Below, piece after piece: positions 1 to 12,082 of a stretch of DNA of 64,000 nt; positions within the stretch are counted from its first letter, which is position 1; the number at the start of each line of letters is the position of its first letter. The translations under genes and the position numbers were made by a program. Under the pieces are notes generated by a model. That model worked only from the letters and a program-made list of their open reading frames with translations. It was not told where the DNA came from and searched no databases. Where the stretch lies: NCBI GenBank assembly GCA_033119305.1, contig VSWD01000008.1:62132347-62196346 (forward strand), read 5' to 3'. Origin of the DNA: Pinctada imbricata (taxonomy: Eukaryota).

Positions 1-3000
1 GTACAAATAAAAGGTTAAATCTGATTTAATAATTCAGTTTTTGTATTTTAGTTTAAACATATTATATTTCTTTAAGTTCATAAACGGGAATCGGGCAAAC
101 ATTAAAACTATATGACATGTTCCTTTCCCCTATTTTCTGTCAATACCAGGACAAGGGGTAATATAAAACATATCTAGGGTTTAAAGTCAACGAAAACAAA
201 ATTTGTTTTTGAAAAGTATTCAACATGAAATTGAAGAAAACTCCAATCTAATTAAAATTAATTAAACGCCAACTTATTTTAAGGTGGGTGAAACAGGCAG
301 TCACTATAAATAGACTTATTTCTTTTGATTTTAATTTAAGAGGCTCTGTAAGGATGAAAATGCTTATATTGTACAAGGATCCGTATGGTCACCTGTAACA
401 CATGACTTTTAATCATAACATTGAAAGTCATGTTGGTTAACATCTGACAAATTTAAAGTTTTCCTGAAGTGCTGCTTTTCTTTACAAACACTCAAAAAAG
501 GGAAATAAATCTGGCCACACCGCAGGTTATCTTAAGGAATTTTGAAAACAGGGAAACCATGCTTTAGCTGAACACCATACTACAGTATTAGTTGTAAATC
601 AAAACATCCAGACCATGCTTACTCGGGTTCTATTCTGAGTAGCCGTAGTCTAAAATAGAAGGCAAAAACAATAGCTGAATACAGTCAAACCATTTTAAAA
701 GACCCTCGCAACAATAAGTAAGAGACAAACTTCTCCCTGTCACCGAAAATACAAAAAGACATTATCTCAATTCTTGAAAATGTTAAAAATAGTTTTCCTC
801 GATGTTGCATGTTTTGAACATGTTCCTGTCTACATTAGTTTATAAGATTTTGAGTCTGTTTGAGTTACAGTGTTTGCGATCGTATCTATCATTTTTTTTT
901 TTTCATAAAATCAGTTTTCTTTAGACCGATCTATTTGTCCACAGCTACATAATAAACCTTTAAGAGTTTTTTTTCGAAAACACATGCAAACCATTTTAAT
1001 AAGATTACAAGTAACCAGTTAGCATGTTTTAGTGTTTTCATAAAGCCAAGCGTGTTATGATAATGATATGTCTATATACCTTTTCTATGGTGGTTTCTAA
1101 CATTCCATGCTTTTTCTTTTTTGTTTGTTACATGCATTGTAATCATAAACTTACTTTGAAATAACTCATCAAACTGTCCGGAATCAACTGTTTTAATACA
1201 AACACCACAAACATTGTTAAATCCATTCGAACACGTAGAAGAAAATCAATTTCAACCAAAACTATTATAAATTAATAAATAGCACATTTTGTCCTGAATG
1301 TTTTCACAGCATCTAATATCAGAAAACTTTTTTTCAGCAGACTGTGTTAATTATGCGTCAAACATTTTTGCACATTTGTAGACGCAAACCTTGGTCTTTC
1401 TTGACGGTTTTTGAGTATCGTCAATGGTTTTTCAGTTACCATATCTGTAACACTAAGTGTACGAATAAAGTTAATTTATTTGCCCTTTTCTATATACTTT
1501 CTGAATCAACGGAGAACGATAACTCATTCTGTTGTCACTCAAATGGCTGCATCTTATGTACAGTAGAAATGGGATTGATCCCTTCTCATTTTAAATTAGA
1601 TGTTGAAATAGCGCTTGAAATAAGTTTATCAATTTTAAATATCACCATAGACGGTGAGTTTTAGATCTTGACTTGGGTTGCTCAAGATCAATTTTATGAT
1701 CATATTATTTTATGTGCCTCACAAACTTTTTATTCAAAACATTTATATTAAAACTGAAAGGCAATCAATCGCCGTATGTATAATACACATGTATAAACGA
1801 TAAATTATTTTGAAATAACTAGTATGCAATAAGAGGCCCAAATAGTAACATTGCTTACTTGAGATAACTGGAAATCTGACTATCAATGCAATATTAAGCT
1901 GTACATGTATATTGAATCAAATATTGGAAGTCTTATGAATTGACACTTAAAGGCTCGTTATTGAGCCAAAAACCACCGTGGGTTGGATGAAATTCCATAC
2001 AACATAGGCAATATCAGCAACTCTGTGGTCATTACAGGCTCTCAATGTTTCTTAAAATCCTCTTTGTAGCAGTAAAATTCATGAAGTCACGAAGGTAAAA
2101 AGAACGGTACCAAAATAATTAATACGAAAGTCATATATTGATTTTTTTTCCTGAACTGAGCAAATCTTCATGTATCCCTTCCAACTGGACAATAAATGCA
2201 TAGTGTCACATAAAAGCAGAAACAGAGAAACAAACCATATAGTCAGGATAGAACGAGTACATTACTTTAAGAAAAGAAAAAGACATAGAAAAGGAAAACT
2301 CATAATTTTAAAATAGATAAAGAAATAAATAGCAGATACATACGAGCGATCTGGGTGATCGTGTGGAATCTCGCCTTTTTTGTATCTCCTTGGTGACACT
2401 ATTTTTCCTGGTGACGTTCTACCAGTTTTCAAAGGAACCAGGGCTCCTGTATGGAAGGAAGGCAAGATTATACTAGTATGTGATTAGGGAAATATAATAT
2501 GTACATCATGTATGTTTGGGTTAAACTTAAAGGGAATTTATCAATTTGATGAATGACTCATGAATGAAAATGCAAATGAATCCATCCTCCTATAAGAAGA
2601 ATAATGACAACACAAGCATGTAATGATGTATCAAGTGTTGATGAGATAAAACTGCTTCGACATGTATGAAAATGGATAAATGAATGATGTGATCGACAAA
2701 AATACACGTACAGCATAAACAAATAAAATACAACACAATGTACCATTTTTATTTTATCTCGTTATCACTAGAATGGTGAATCTAGGTCATGTAATGGTTT
2801 TAATTAATTGATTTTTTGACTAATTGTTGTCTCTACCAGATTCGCCATAAAAAACTATGCCCTTTTTTCTTAGCCCCAATGGCAATACCAATACACTATC
2901 GTATGGTCTAAAGTACACTTGGTTCTTTTTAACACATTTTCGAAATTTCTCAAACCCTTTTTTTCATTTGGATAATTGGTTTAGTATATGAAATCCATGG

Positions 3001-4377
3001 TACCAATCAGAATGTAGGTGTCGATTTCATCTTACGTTTCCAAAACAAATGATAAAATCTTGTTGCCACTAATTTTCAAAAACAGTTCTTATATATGTAA
3101 CATAAAGAATTTAAATCTTCTGAAAATAATTGCCGCAATCAAACCGTAGCTTCTTGGGTCAAAATAACTTTTCCGCTTTGAAGAAAAGTTTTGTTCTATA
3201 CATTTGTATCGTACGAAATCTGATCCATTCAAAACTGTAGACATGAAAAAAGTTGCTATCGAAAAAGGGCAATGCTGTCTCCAAAGTAGTCATGAAGGTC
3301 AACCTGACGGGCTCGATATAATAGAATTGAAATATAAAGTATAGAAACAATTACGTACTGTCTTTGGATTTCGGCTCACTCTCCCGGGACGATTTCTGAA
3401 CTGGAAACAAGTCTTTAGCTTTAGATCTTTTGAAATCCATTTTAAAAGTGAAAACTAATAAAATACTAACAATACATTCCTCACTAGAATTAATAAAATC
3501 GGTAATAAATCTATCGGAATAGAGAAAAAAAGCTCTTTAAAAAGTTGTGAAATGGCTCCGTCAGAACACGGCGTGTGGCACGTCGGTACCTATGGAATAT
3601 TTTCTGTTTGCATTCGTCTTTAGTGAAACTTTTCCATTTAAAATAAGCATTCCGAATCAAACTTTACTTAAATTACTCCATTATTTCAATACGTAAATTG
3701 CTAGGCTTTCAAGTAACAGATTCAATTACGCTCTAAACGACTCAATTTCCAAAAGTAGAAATACGTATGTTAGTTATAGCATTGCTTTTTAACTTTAAGC
3801 CCACTCGGAGTAGAATTTTTTCTCTAATTCGAAATAATCGATACAAAGAACGATCCAACAGTAATGAATTAATTATAATTTTAGAAGCTCGACAAATACC
3901 ACCTAATTGAGAGTAGGTTGGCATTGGAATAATAAGTATTGATTTAAAACGCTCAAAGAAGAACTTTATTTCTGACCAACTACCATAAATTTAATCCGGA
4001 TTGCATGCTTACAACAAAGAATGGCTAGGAGGCTTATAGGTTCTAAGTCTTGTACTTCAGAAAAAAAACCTAGCGATTAGTAGTTGCCTACAGTTAAAGC
4101 TTTTTCAGTTTTTGTTCCTTAGTTATGGAGCTTTTAAAGTTTGACATTTTGACTTAACAAAAATATTCATCCGAAGCATGTACGTGTGGGAGTGTTTTTA
4201 TGTAAGATTTAAGAACACCGAAATATCATTTTAATACTAGCAATTACTTGAACTTAGTTCTATTTCACTTTCTGTTCTTTCCTTATTAAACATGCTCAAT
4301 TCAAAATTAAATCATACCATATTGGAAGTCTGGGAACATACACGTATGTTACAGTGAAAGGATATTTACTGAAAGTA

Positions 4378-4700
4378 TATCGATGGCGATATTGTAGAAA
4401 GCTTTGAACATATTGACAGCGATTTTTGAAAGCTTTCAAGTCATCGACAGCGATTTCGAACGATTTTCAAATTATCGACAGCGATTTTTTTAAGTTTTGA
4501 AATTATCGACAGCGATTTCGATATATTTTCAAAGTTTCGTCGGCGTCTTTTAAAAAAAGCTTTAAAATCGTCGACAGCGATTCAAATCATCGTCAGCGAT
4601 TTTGAAAGCTTTGAAATTGTCGACAGCGATTTTGAATATTTTGAAAATATCGACAGCGGGCTTTAAATAGAGCTTTGAAATTATCGTACAGTGATTCTGA
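4378..4700. repeat. ~30-bp minisatellite of about 10 units.
   Basis: Unit resembles atcgacagcgatttYgaaRgctttSaaRtY, repeated with variation. Confidence 0.85.
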
Positions 4701-6174
4701 GGCCAGCAAAGTATTACTTTCGTCATTTTTTTTAACGTCGAAAGCAAATCATACGATTAATTATGAAGATTCTGGTACGGACAGAAGCGTATTGAGTTCG
4801 TACTTTCCAATTTCCGCTTAACGTCAATCGTACATTGATCCCCTTGGTTTTTTATTCGAGAGGTCCGCCTTTCATCGATAACGTAGTGGTAATGAAGTTG
4901 ACACAGTGAATTGCTGTATTTACATAATGATAAAATTCTCAATACCCGCTCAATTTTACACCATTCTTTCTGCAGGTAAACTCTGTGAATCAATAATGTT
5001 TCAGTTTCCCTACTGCCTTTGAATAAAAATTCATTTATATTTAACTAATTCAGGTATTTAAACCTACACTCATCATAACACTCATAAGTATTGATAATAA
5101 AAAAGAAACAAAGGAGAAAAAATACATGTAACATGATTACGAAAACTTAAAATACGTCAATGGAACTTGTATTTCTGTAATTCGTAGAAAATGAAAAGCG
5201 GGTTGAATGGAAACACCTTTTTTTAAAGGACCATTGAATGTTTTTAAGTTCATGATATTAGATCACAAGTGTATTAACTTTACACGACGGACAGACGAAC
5301 ATATTTTTTTTCGCATTGCCATTGGGGGGGGGGGGGGGTAATAAATGGTATAAATGAATCGTTGAGACACGACACTCAACTTATTTTGTTATCAAATTCA
5401 ACCTTTTGTTCCATCATCTTTTCTGTTCTACAATTTCATATATATCAATTGCCCTATGGCCCTTGAAATAGTGGATATCCGAAATCCTGTCTAATCAGCC
5501 GAAACTACGTAAATTAAATGAAGATAAAACCGTCTGACCAATCATTTTTAGAACGATTAGCGTGTAGCCGTTAGATAATACAGAAATCGTTAAAACACGA
5601 TGTTTTTCCTAACCTTATCAGAAACTGACTTTTATTGATAATAGATATTAGTGATGACGGAGCCAATCCGAAAAAAAAAAAAACACTGATAAAAAAATTA
5701 TACGAGACAGGGAAAAATCTATACCTTCTAGAAAAATCAAATGATTTATGAATTATTCCAGAATACTAAATGGTGTTTATTCAAAATATAACGATGAAGC
5801 TATAAAATTTCACATATTTATGGTGACAATAAAAACTGATGTTGTATTTATTCATGAAAACATGTAGGTGGGAGTTATATGGCGTATATTGATGGGAAAA
5901 ATACTGTAAGCTTAATGTGAAGGGTACAGACAGTGACGAGTAAATTTTTCCCTCCGTTCGAATCAGTTTCAAATTTCCGCCCTCTATCTGTTGAATTCCC
6001 TTCCTCTTTTTATCTCCTCTTTCGACTCACACTGACTGCACCCTAATTTAAGAGCTTGATATCTTTTTGAATAATAAAGACATGAGATGGAAAAAGTACA
6101 GAAAACAGAAGATGTTAATAAGAGCTTAAAGTATCTGAGTGCAAAATGAAAAATGCCAATCGTGCTAATGTGAA

Positions 6175-6325
6175 TCCCTAACAGTAAAGTAACATAGGAG
6201 AAAATTAAGGACCCTACAGTAAAGTAACAGGAGAAAGTTAAGGACCCTACAGTAAAGTAACATAGGAGAAAGTTAAGGACCCTACAGTAAAGTAACATAG
6301 GAGAAAGTTAAGGACCCTTATATTT
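6175..6325. repeat. 33-bp tandem repeat, 4 units.
   Basis: Unit acagtaaagtaacataggagaaagttaaggaccct. ORF-track ORF 5984..6298 on the minus strand is an artefact of it. Confidence 0.9.
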
Positions 6326-8369
6326 TGTTTTCACTTTTCCTCTGTCCAAATGTTTTGGTTAATTCAATTCGATTTTTTTTCATGAGGATTGAAACATGCA
6401 TGTATTGAAGTTTTAACTGTCGTGATTCTGTTAAAACTGTGAAAAATGTATAAAAAAAAAAAAAGATGAGGGTACCGATTTATGACAATGCTTCAGATGA
6501 TAATAAATGGTTTATATACTGTATAAGTATATAATAAAATGTTTACGTCAGTTTTATTTTGCCCCCGACCAAGGGGGGGGGATTCTTATTCAAAAATCTT
6601 GCGAATTGGAAGTTATACCCGTATACAGTATATGCATGGCAATGATAATATGTGAAATTGGTTATGGTAAGGATTGAAAAAAAACTTTTATCGCTGATGA
6701 GAAATGAAGACATGTACAAACTACTAAACTGGCTCAAGTCCTTATATCAAATGAATTTAAAAGTAAATACATTTTAATAACTTTTTATTCATTGAAATCC
6801 CTTTATTAGCAAGCAAAAGTTCTCTTCTCTGTTTCGTGGTACATATCTCAGAAACCAATTGCTCATTGCCAATAGTTTTAAAGGGGGCATTTTTAAAATT
6901 TTCTTCACATAATTTGATTTGATATAAGGACTTGAGCAAGTCTAACAGACTACCAAAAACATTGGCCTGGAGTAAAAATCGGGTCAAAAATCGTCGATGA
7001 TAGCCTACTTATAACTCTTTACAATTCTCTATATTTCAAAGTTAAACATTATATTGATTGTAATTTAATACGAAATATCGATATCATATAAGTATCGATA
7101 TCGCATCGATGCCCTTATGTATAATAATTACAATGATCTTTGTCATTCCAAAATTTCAAAGATTTAATTACAAATACCTTCTGCACATTCTCATAAAGGA
7201 GGGGTACATCTCCGTGGTAGATTCACACATGTTAGTCTATATGTGCACACGAAAGTCAAAACATCAAAGGGAAGATTCAAAATGCTGGTAAAACAAATGT
7301 AATATGGCATACCATTTGTGTTGATAGACAGACAGACAGACGGACTGTCGGACAGACTTTTAAAACTGAATTTAAGGCTCTGTGGAGATCCAATGGGTTG
7401 TTGAAGCTTATGGAAATATTTCTTAATTAGATCCTCCTTCCCATTACTGTTACAGATACAAGTTTATATTCCAATCTTACATTTCATATTACCCCCAGCT
7501 ATGTTGAACCTTACCCATCATACCGTGTTAGCTTGTCACCAGAATACTTACCCACAGTCAGGCACCATCGCAGTGGTTACACAACTGCTTCTTCTCGGTG
7601 ACAGGGTCACATTTTACAGTGAGGATTGGGGAAAAAGCTACAGGGTATATAGCTGGTCAAAGCCGTAGACACACAGAGAAGAACTGGTAAAGATGTAGAA
7701 ATTAAAATTGAGGTGCTGCTAGGATATTATCGTATAAAGGTGGCATCTAACAAATGATCAGCGGTGTCTTTTGAAGATAAATAGCCATTCAAATGATAGT
7801 TAACATTAGATGACTGGGTAAAATGCTATTATATAATCCTTTGTTTCATAATGATATTTTTGATTCAACAAGGGGCTTTAAGTTATCATGTAGGCCCCTA
7901 TAGGTGAATCAAAAATAGAATATGTCTTAACGGAAATCTGATAAAAACTTGAGCACAGACCATATGACAGTATGTCATAGGAGCAAAACGTAGCGAGGTT
8001 TTGACATAAATACTTAGAATTAAGGATGGATCCCTTTACACCTTCTGTTTAAACCTGGAGTTCCTGGTCGCAGTGTTTCTTGTCACTTGTTCCGAAACAA
8101 GAAATTCAGCAACCCTCTCAACAGTCTTTTTGGAGAGCAAATTTTTTTTTTAATATAAAGGCGGGGGGGGGGTCGAAGGGTAGCGTTTATCAAAAGACAC
8201 GCTGATCAAATGCATTGCCTCAAGTTGTGAGGGTGAGGGGCGTAGCTTCCACGAGGCGTGGCTCTCTACTTACGGTCGTCCTTTTGGGAGGGAGTGTTGT
8301 CTGGTTCGGGTTTTTCTTTAAGTGTAGCTACGGCCATAAACTTCTCATCTACTTCAGCACGGCTCCTAC

Positions 8370-8503
8370 CTTGACGCTGGAGCTGTCGGTCCAGTTGATA
8401 CCGTAACAGCATTAACACCTTCTGAATGACGCCAGGTTTTCGTTTCGCTATAGCACGCGTCACCTCCTCGGACAGATCAAAATCCAATTTCTGGAGGACT
8501 TTC
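8370..8503 (-). CDS. SPEF1: SPEF1/CLAMP-like exon 3 (end of the CH-like domain). It may extend unspliced to 8266.
   Basis: Reverse-complement acceptor CACAG|. Translation (R)KVLQKLDFDLSEEVTRAIAKRKPGVIQKVLMLLRYQLDRQLQRQ resembles human RKVLKRLNFSVPDDVMRKIAQCAPGVVELVLIPLRQRLEEKQ. A strong candidate donor is CAAG|GTAGGA. ORF-track ORF 8266..8487 shows the alternative read-through to a stop. Confidence 0.7.
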
Positions 8504-8718
8504 CTGTGAAAAAAATATCGTAAATGTCAAATCAAGTAGATAGTTACTTAATTTTGTCTTACAGTGTAGATCAATTTGTTCATCTGAAAAACCGCCAAAG
8601 CGCTACAAGGAAAGACCTCTGACATTGATGAGGGAGTACAAAAATCACAAATTAATTTTTTTATGAAATAATTTCAATCTAACGTTTTAGATGTGTCCAT
8701 CATTTGTGTATCACTTAC

Positions 8719-8830
8719 CGATTCAGTAATCGCCAGGTATCCATTTGTTGTGTTGTGGAACTGGCAGGGCTGTACATATGCATATCTATCATTTTGGGTA
8801 AATAATGCTTTATAATCTCCGCTACTAGAA
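8719..8830 (-). CDS. SPEF1: SPEF1/CLAMP-like exon 2 (CH-like domain).
   Basis: The reverse-complement has acceptor TTTTCAG| and donor CG|GTAAGT. Translation (V)LVAEIIKHYLPKMIDMHMYSPASSTTQQMDTWRLLN resembles human LVAEVIKFYFPKMVEMHNYVPANSLQQKLSNWGHLN. The overlapping ORF-track ORF 8674..9021 is in a different frame. Confidence 0.8.
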
Positions 8831-9074
8831 CTGAAAATATATAAAGTGCCAAAATTATGCAAAAATCTTCTTGAAAATTTTAAATAGACGACAAGATGGT
8901 GATGGAGGGAGGGAGGGGGTGTCAATGATAGATTGCGGTGTGAAATATTCATTTTGATTGTGCAGAAGGATGTCTTTAAGTACATGTAACTTTGTGAAAT
9001 GTTTGGATTTCTTTGTATCATTCGCTATCAAATCGATGTCTTACGAGTATTCTATAACTTCTATTTATTTAAGA

Positions 9075-9221
9075 AATGACTGTCTTACTTTTGGTGTTCA
9101 TGGGTGTATAATTCTGGTTGGACACGTGCAAATTCCGTGAATCGCGAAGCGATTCTCGGAAAATTTGCACGTGTCCAACCAGAATTATACACCCATGAAC
9201 ACCAAAAGTAAGACAGTCATT
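9075..9221. repeat. Near-perfect ~147-bp palindrome (foldback) with 60-bp arms.
   Basis: Left arm aatgactgtcttacttttggtgttcatgggtgtataattctggttggacacgtgcaaatt is the exact reverse complement of 9162..9221. The centre gaatcgcgaagcgattc is itself palindromic. Confidence 0.9.
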
Positions 9222-10559
9222 ACTTATATTTACATTTATTCTAAATATCGGTCATTTTTATTTGCATGCACTTCGCATATTTTGCCTGTTTTAGTGTGAA
9301 ATGTATTTGAACGTTGGTAAATTCTCCCTACATGCAAAACTTGCACGTGAGCAACCTAAGTTCTAGTTGCCTAATGGGCGTTTAACATGGGGAATCTACT
9401 AGTAATGTAAATATTACCAAATGCCCTGGAGATTCAGTTGTGGATACAAATGGAAAGGGGGTAGAATACCACCCCCTTTCACCTTACTATAGATAGAAGT
9501 AACATTCTTGGTATCAAAGAATCGTGCATGGCGACAGAGGAAAATAATACAGCAGTATAATCCCTTAATTAAACAGTATAAAGGTATCAAATTGTATATA
9601 CTGAAGAACTTCTCTATACTTAAGGAATTTCAACCCTATAAGTAAAAGACCAAAAGTGTATTTCTTCAGATTCTAAATACCAAAGTAAATACTCTAATAC
9701 CGAAAACTAACATCGGCCACTATGGACTGTATTTATTTGATCATCGTTTAAATAGCAAAATTTCAATTTTTGAATACTATTGAAATAAGTTTAATCTTTA
9801 TTTTTTAATCCTTCATCGATGGTGGTTGATAGGCGTGTGAGATACATAGAATAGCTCGATGAGAAAGGACTGATGAAAGAAGCCATAAAGGGATACCTTT
9901 AATTAAGATTACTTAGCTCAGTACATATTACTAAATACAATGAGTTCAGGAAGTCGGTGAAAGATTTACTAGTATGCGGAAATTGGAAGGGGGGATAAAG
10001 ATGCTTGCCATAAAAATGGCTTTACTGTTAGTATAAAAATGCCATATTTAAGATGTTTGACAGCAACTAGGCTAATGTTTCAAAATTAAAATCATAGTCG
10101 ATGTCAGATCAAAAAGTTATATTTTAAATTGATGCCAGATAATGGGTCATATTAATCGAATATTTACTTAGTAACAAACCATGTTTTTTTCAGTGAACTA
10201 TAACTCTTTAAATCTTTACATACACGTACTAGTATTTTAAACACACTGTTTTCTGACGTTTACGTTGCTTATAGTGCATCATGGTGCATGTCTTTAACTT
10301 AATATGTTCTGGTTTATGCTTACTTTCATTTACATGCCTTGAACTTCATGTATTTGCTACTTTGTACAGCCCTATTATAGGCTTTTTGTGTATTTATCCA
10401 AGTACTTCTGTTGTCAGTTGGGCTTGAAATGTTCTAACTATATAAAGATTCTGACCCTGTATAAATTATGTACATATGTACTTTGTAATCAAGTATATAT
10501 GGAACTACAGCCCCTTGCTGATATCAGACTTTAAAATAAGTGAAAGGTATACTCAGAGT

Positions 10560-11130
10560 GACAATTCCAACAATCAAAAACTTGAATGGGTTTTGATATT
10601 TCACATGTAGATTCCTCACCACCACAGCTTTCATTTGATACCGGTATTTTGATTTTTGACATAGTGACCTTGATCTTGAAGTTTGACCTACTTATCAAAA
10701 ACTTTAATCTTGGTTAATTTTTTTTTATGAATTTTAAGAGATAGAGCCTAAAATTACACAAGTGGATACATCTTTCAATTGAGGCCTTGACTTTGACCTA
10801 GTGACCTTGAATGGAGTTTTACCTACTTTTCGTAAACTTTAACATGTTTAACATAGCTAGGTTATATCTTTGGAATTATAAGGGAGACGGTTGTGGATTT
10901 CCTTCATTTGAGACATTGACTTTTGACCTAGTGACCTTGGAACTTGACCTACTTTTCAAAAACTTAAATCTGGGCTATATACAGACATATTTTTAATATT
11001 CAAGGATAGAGCCTTGAAATTACACAAATTGATACCTCAGGATTCAATTCAAAAGATATGACCTAGCTATGTTAAAGAAGATGAAAGATCACATCTTTCA
11101 TCTGAAGCCTTGACTTTTGACCTAGGCTGG
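10560..11130. repeat. Tandem ~150-190-bp satellite units related to the pearl-element internal repeat. Lies in SPEF1-like intron 1.
   Basis: Recurrent gacctagtgaccttga...tttgacctacttttcaaaaac...atagagcctaaaattacacaa units. Confidence 0.7.
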
Positions 11131-11265
11131 ATTTGGAATTTTCTGAGAATAAAACTTCAACCTGTGGCATATCTTGCTTAAGTTTATAAATTTCCTTTTT
11201 ACTATTGAAAAAAAAAACCCTGACACAGTGAGTAATGTTGTCTTGAGACAAGTCTTATTATTCAC

Positions 11266-11429
11266 ACCTGTGTGCCACAGGTGTCTGTGTAGCTGTAAGC
11301 ACTAGCTATGCTTCTATAATGCGTCATGCATATTAACGTCCCTTCACTACACAAAAATATGCATGTGTATGGCGCATCAGAAGCATAGCTAGTGCTTACC
11401 GCTACACAGACACATGTGCTGTGTGCATG
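11266..11429. repeat. Imperfect hairpin-forming inverted repeat with ~35-bp arms.
   Basis: gtgtctgtgtagctgtaagcactagctatgcttct at 11281..11315 is the reverse complement of 11379..11413 with one mismatch. It is flanked by short palindromes cacctgtgtgccacaggtg and cacatgtgctgtgtgcatg. Confidence 0.8.
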
Positions 11430-11922
11430 TATTACTCTGCACATCCTTGGTGAAAGGTTATACATTCTACTCTAAATAACAGGAACTGCCAGAATAAACG
11501 AGAAATATGTATGAATGAATAATGGAATAATTATGTTGTATTTGTTCAAATAGAAAATTCCAAATTTGTATGATAAGGTTTTGAATTCAATAGATCTAGT
11601 TATTTAAAGGAAGTAACACTAACAGGATATGGTGTCATACATCATTGTATTCATTATAAGGGTTGGTTAATATAATAGAACCAGAAACCTTAAGCGAACG
11701 GATTATCTATATTATCCTGCTTAAATGAAATTGTATTCAATATTAACAATTCAATTTTGGCATTGTTTCAAGACTGAAGTGAAATGCTTTCAAAATAAGT
11801 TCATATAGAGGTATATGTTTATTTTCTTGAGGTTTTTAAATGCAATCAATATTTAATACAAATAAAAATATATACATAACATATGAATATATATCTGAAT
11901 AAATAGATAGCTTATAAATTAC

Positions 11923-12082
11923 CTCCATCTGCAAAATCCTTCTCTAAATTTTTTCTCTTACGAGAGAGCGGAACTCTATCTAGCCACTGAAATAAATTTG
12001 CTAGTTCCACTTCATCATAAAACTCTTCCATGTCTACACGTGTAAGTCCGTTCAGTGATCGATTAAAAGTTACTGATTCCAT
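11923..12082 (-). CDS. SPEF1: SPEF1/CLAMP-like exon 1 (start of the CH-like domain). An alternative shorter start is ATG 12031.
   Basis: The reverse-complement reads (MESVTFNRSLNGLTRVD)MEEFYDEVELANLFQWLDRVPLSRKRKNLEKDFADG, then donor G|GTAATT. It resembles human SPEF1 MASSVDEEALHQLYLWVDNIPLSRPKRNLSRDFSDGV. The upstream in-frame ATG at 12082 is preceded by an in-frame TGA. Confidence 0.7.

Noticed and set aside
1344-1664. ORF-track 106-aa ORF on the plus strand.
   Set aside because: It is AT-rich and low-complexity, with no domain, no splice sites and a random-like composition.
2262-3440. Minus-strand ORFs 2262..2465 (…SPGKIVSPRRYKKGEIPHDHPDRS…) and a short ATG..GTACGT candidate exon at 3363..3440 (MDFKRSKAKDLFPVQKSSRESEPKSKD), considered as possible downstream SPEF1-like exons or another gene.
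   Set aside because: They show no recognisable homology, an AT-rich context and no consistent phase linkage to SPEF1-like exon 3. They are left unannotated.
6722-6945. Short inverted repeat ctcaagtccttatatcaaat / atttgatataaggacttgag about 180 bp apart, considered as a MITE.
   Set aside because: The arms are only ~20 bp and there are no clear TSDs or further copies in the window. It is noted but not called.
7320-7360. (GACA)n-like microsatellite agacagacagacagacggactgtcggacagac.
   Set aside because: It is too short and degenerate to merit a feature. It is similar in composition to the microsatellite inside the pearl-like elements but has no element ends nearby.
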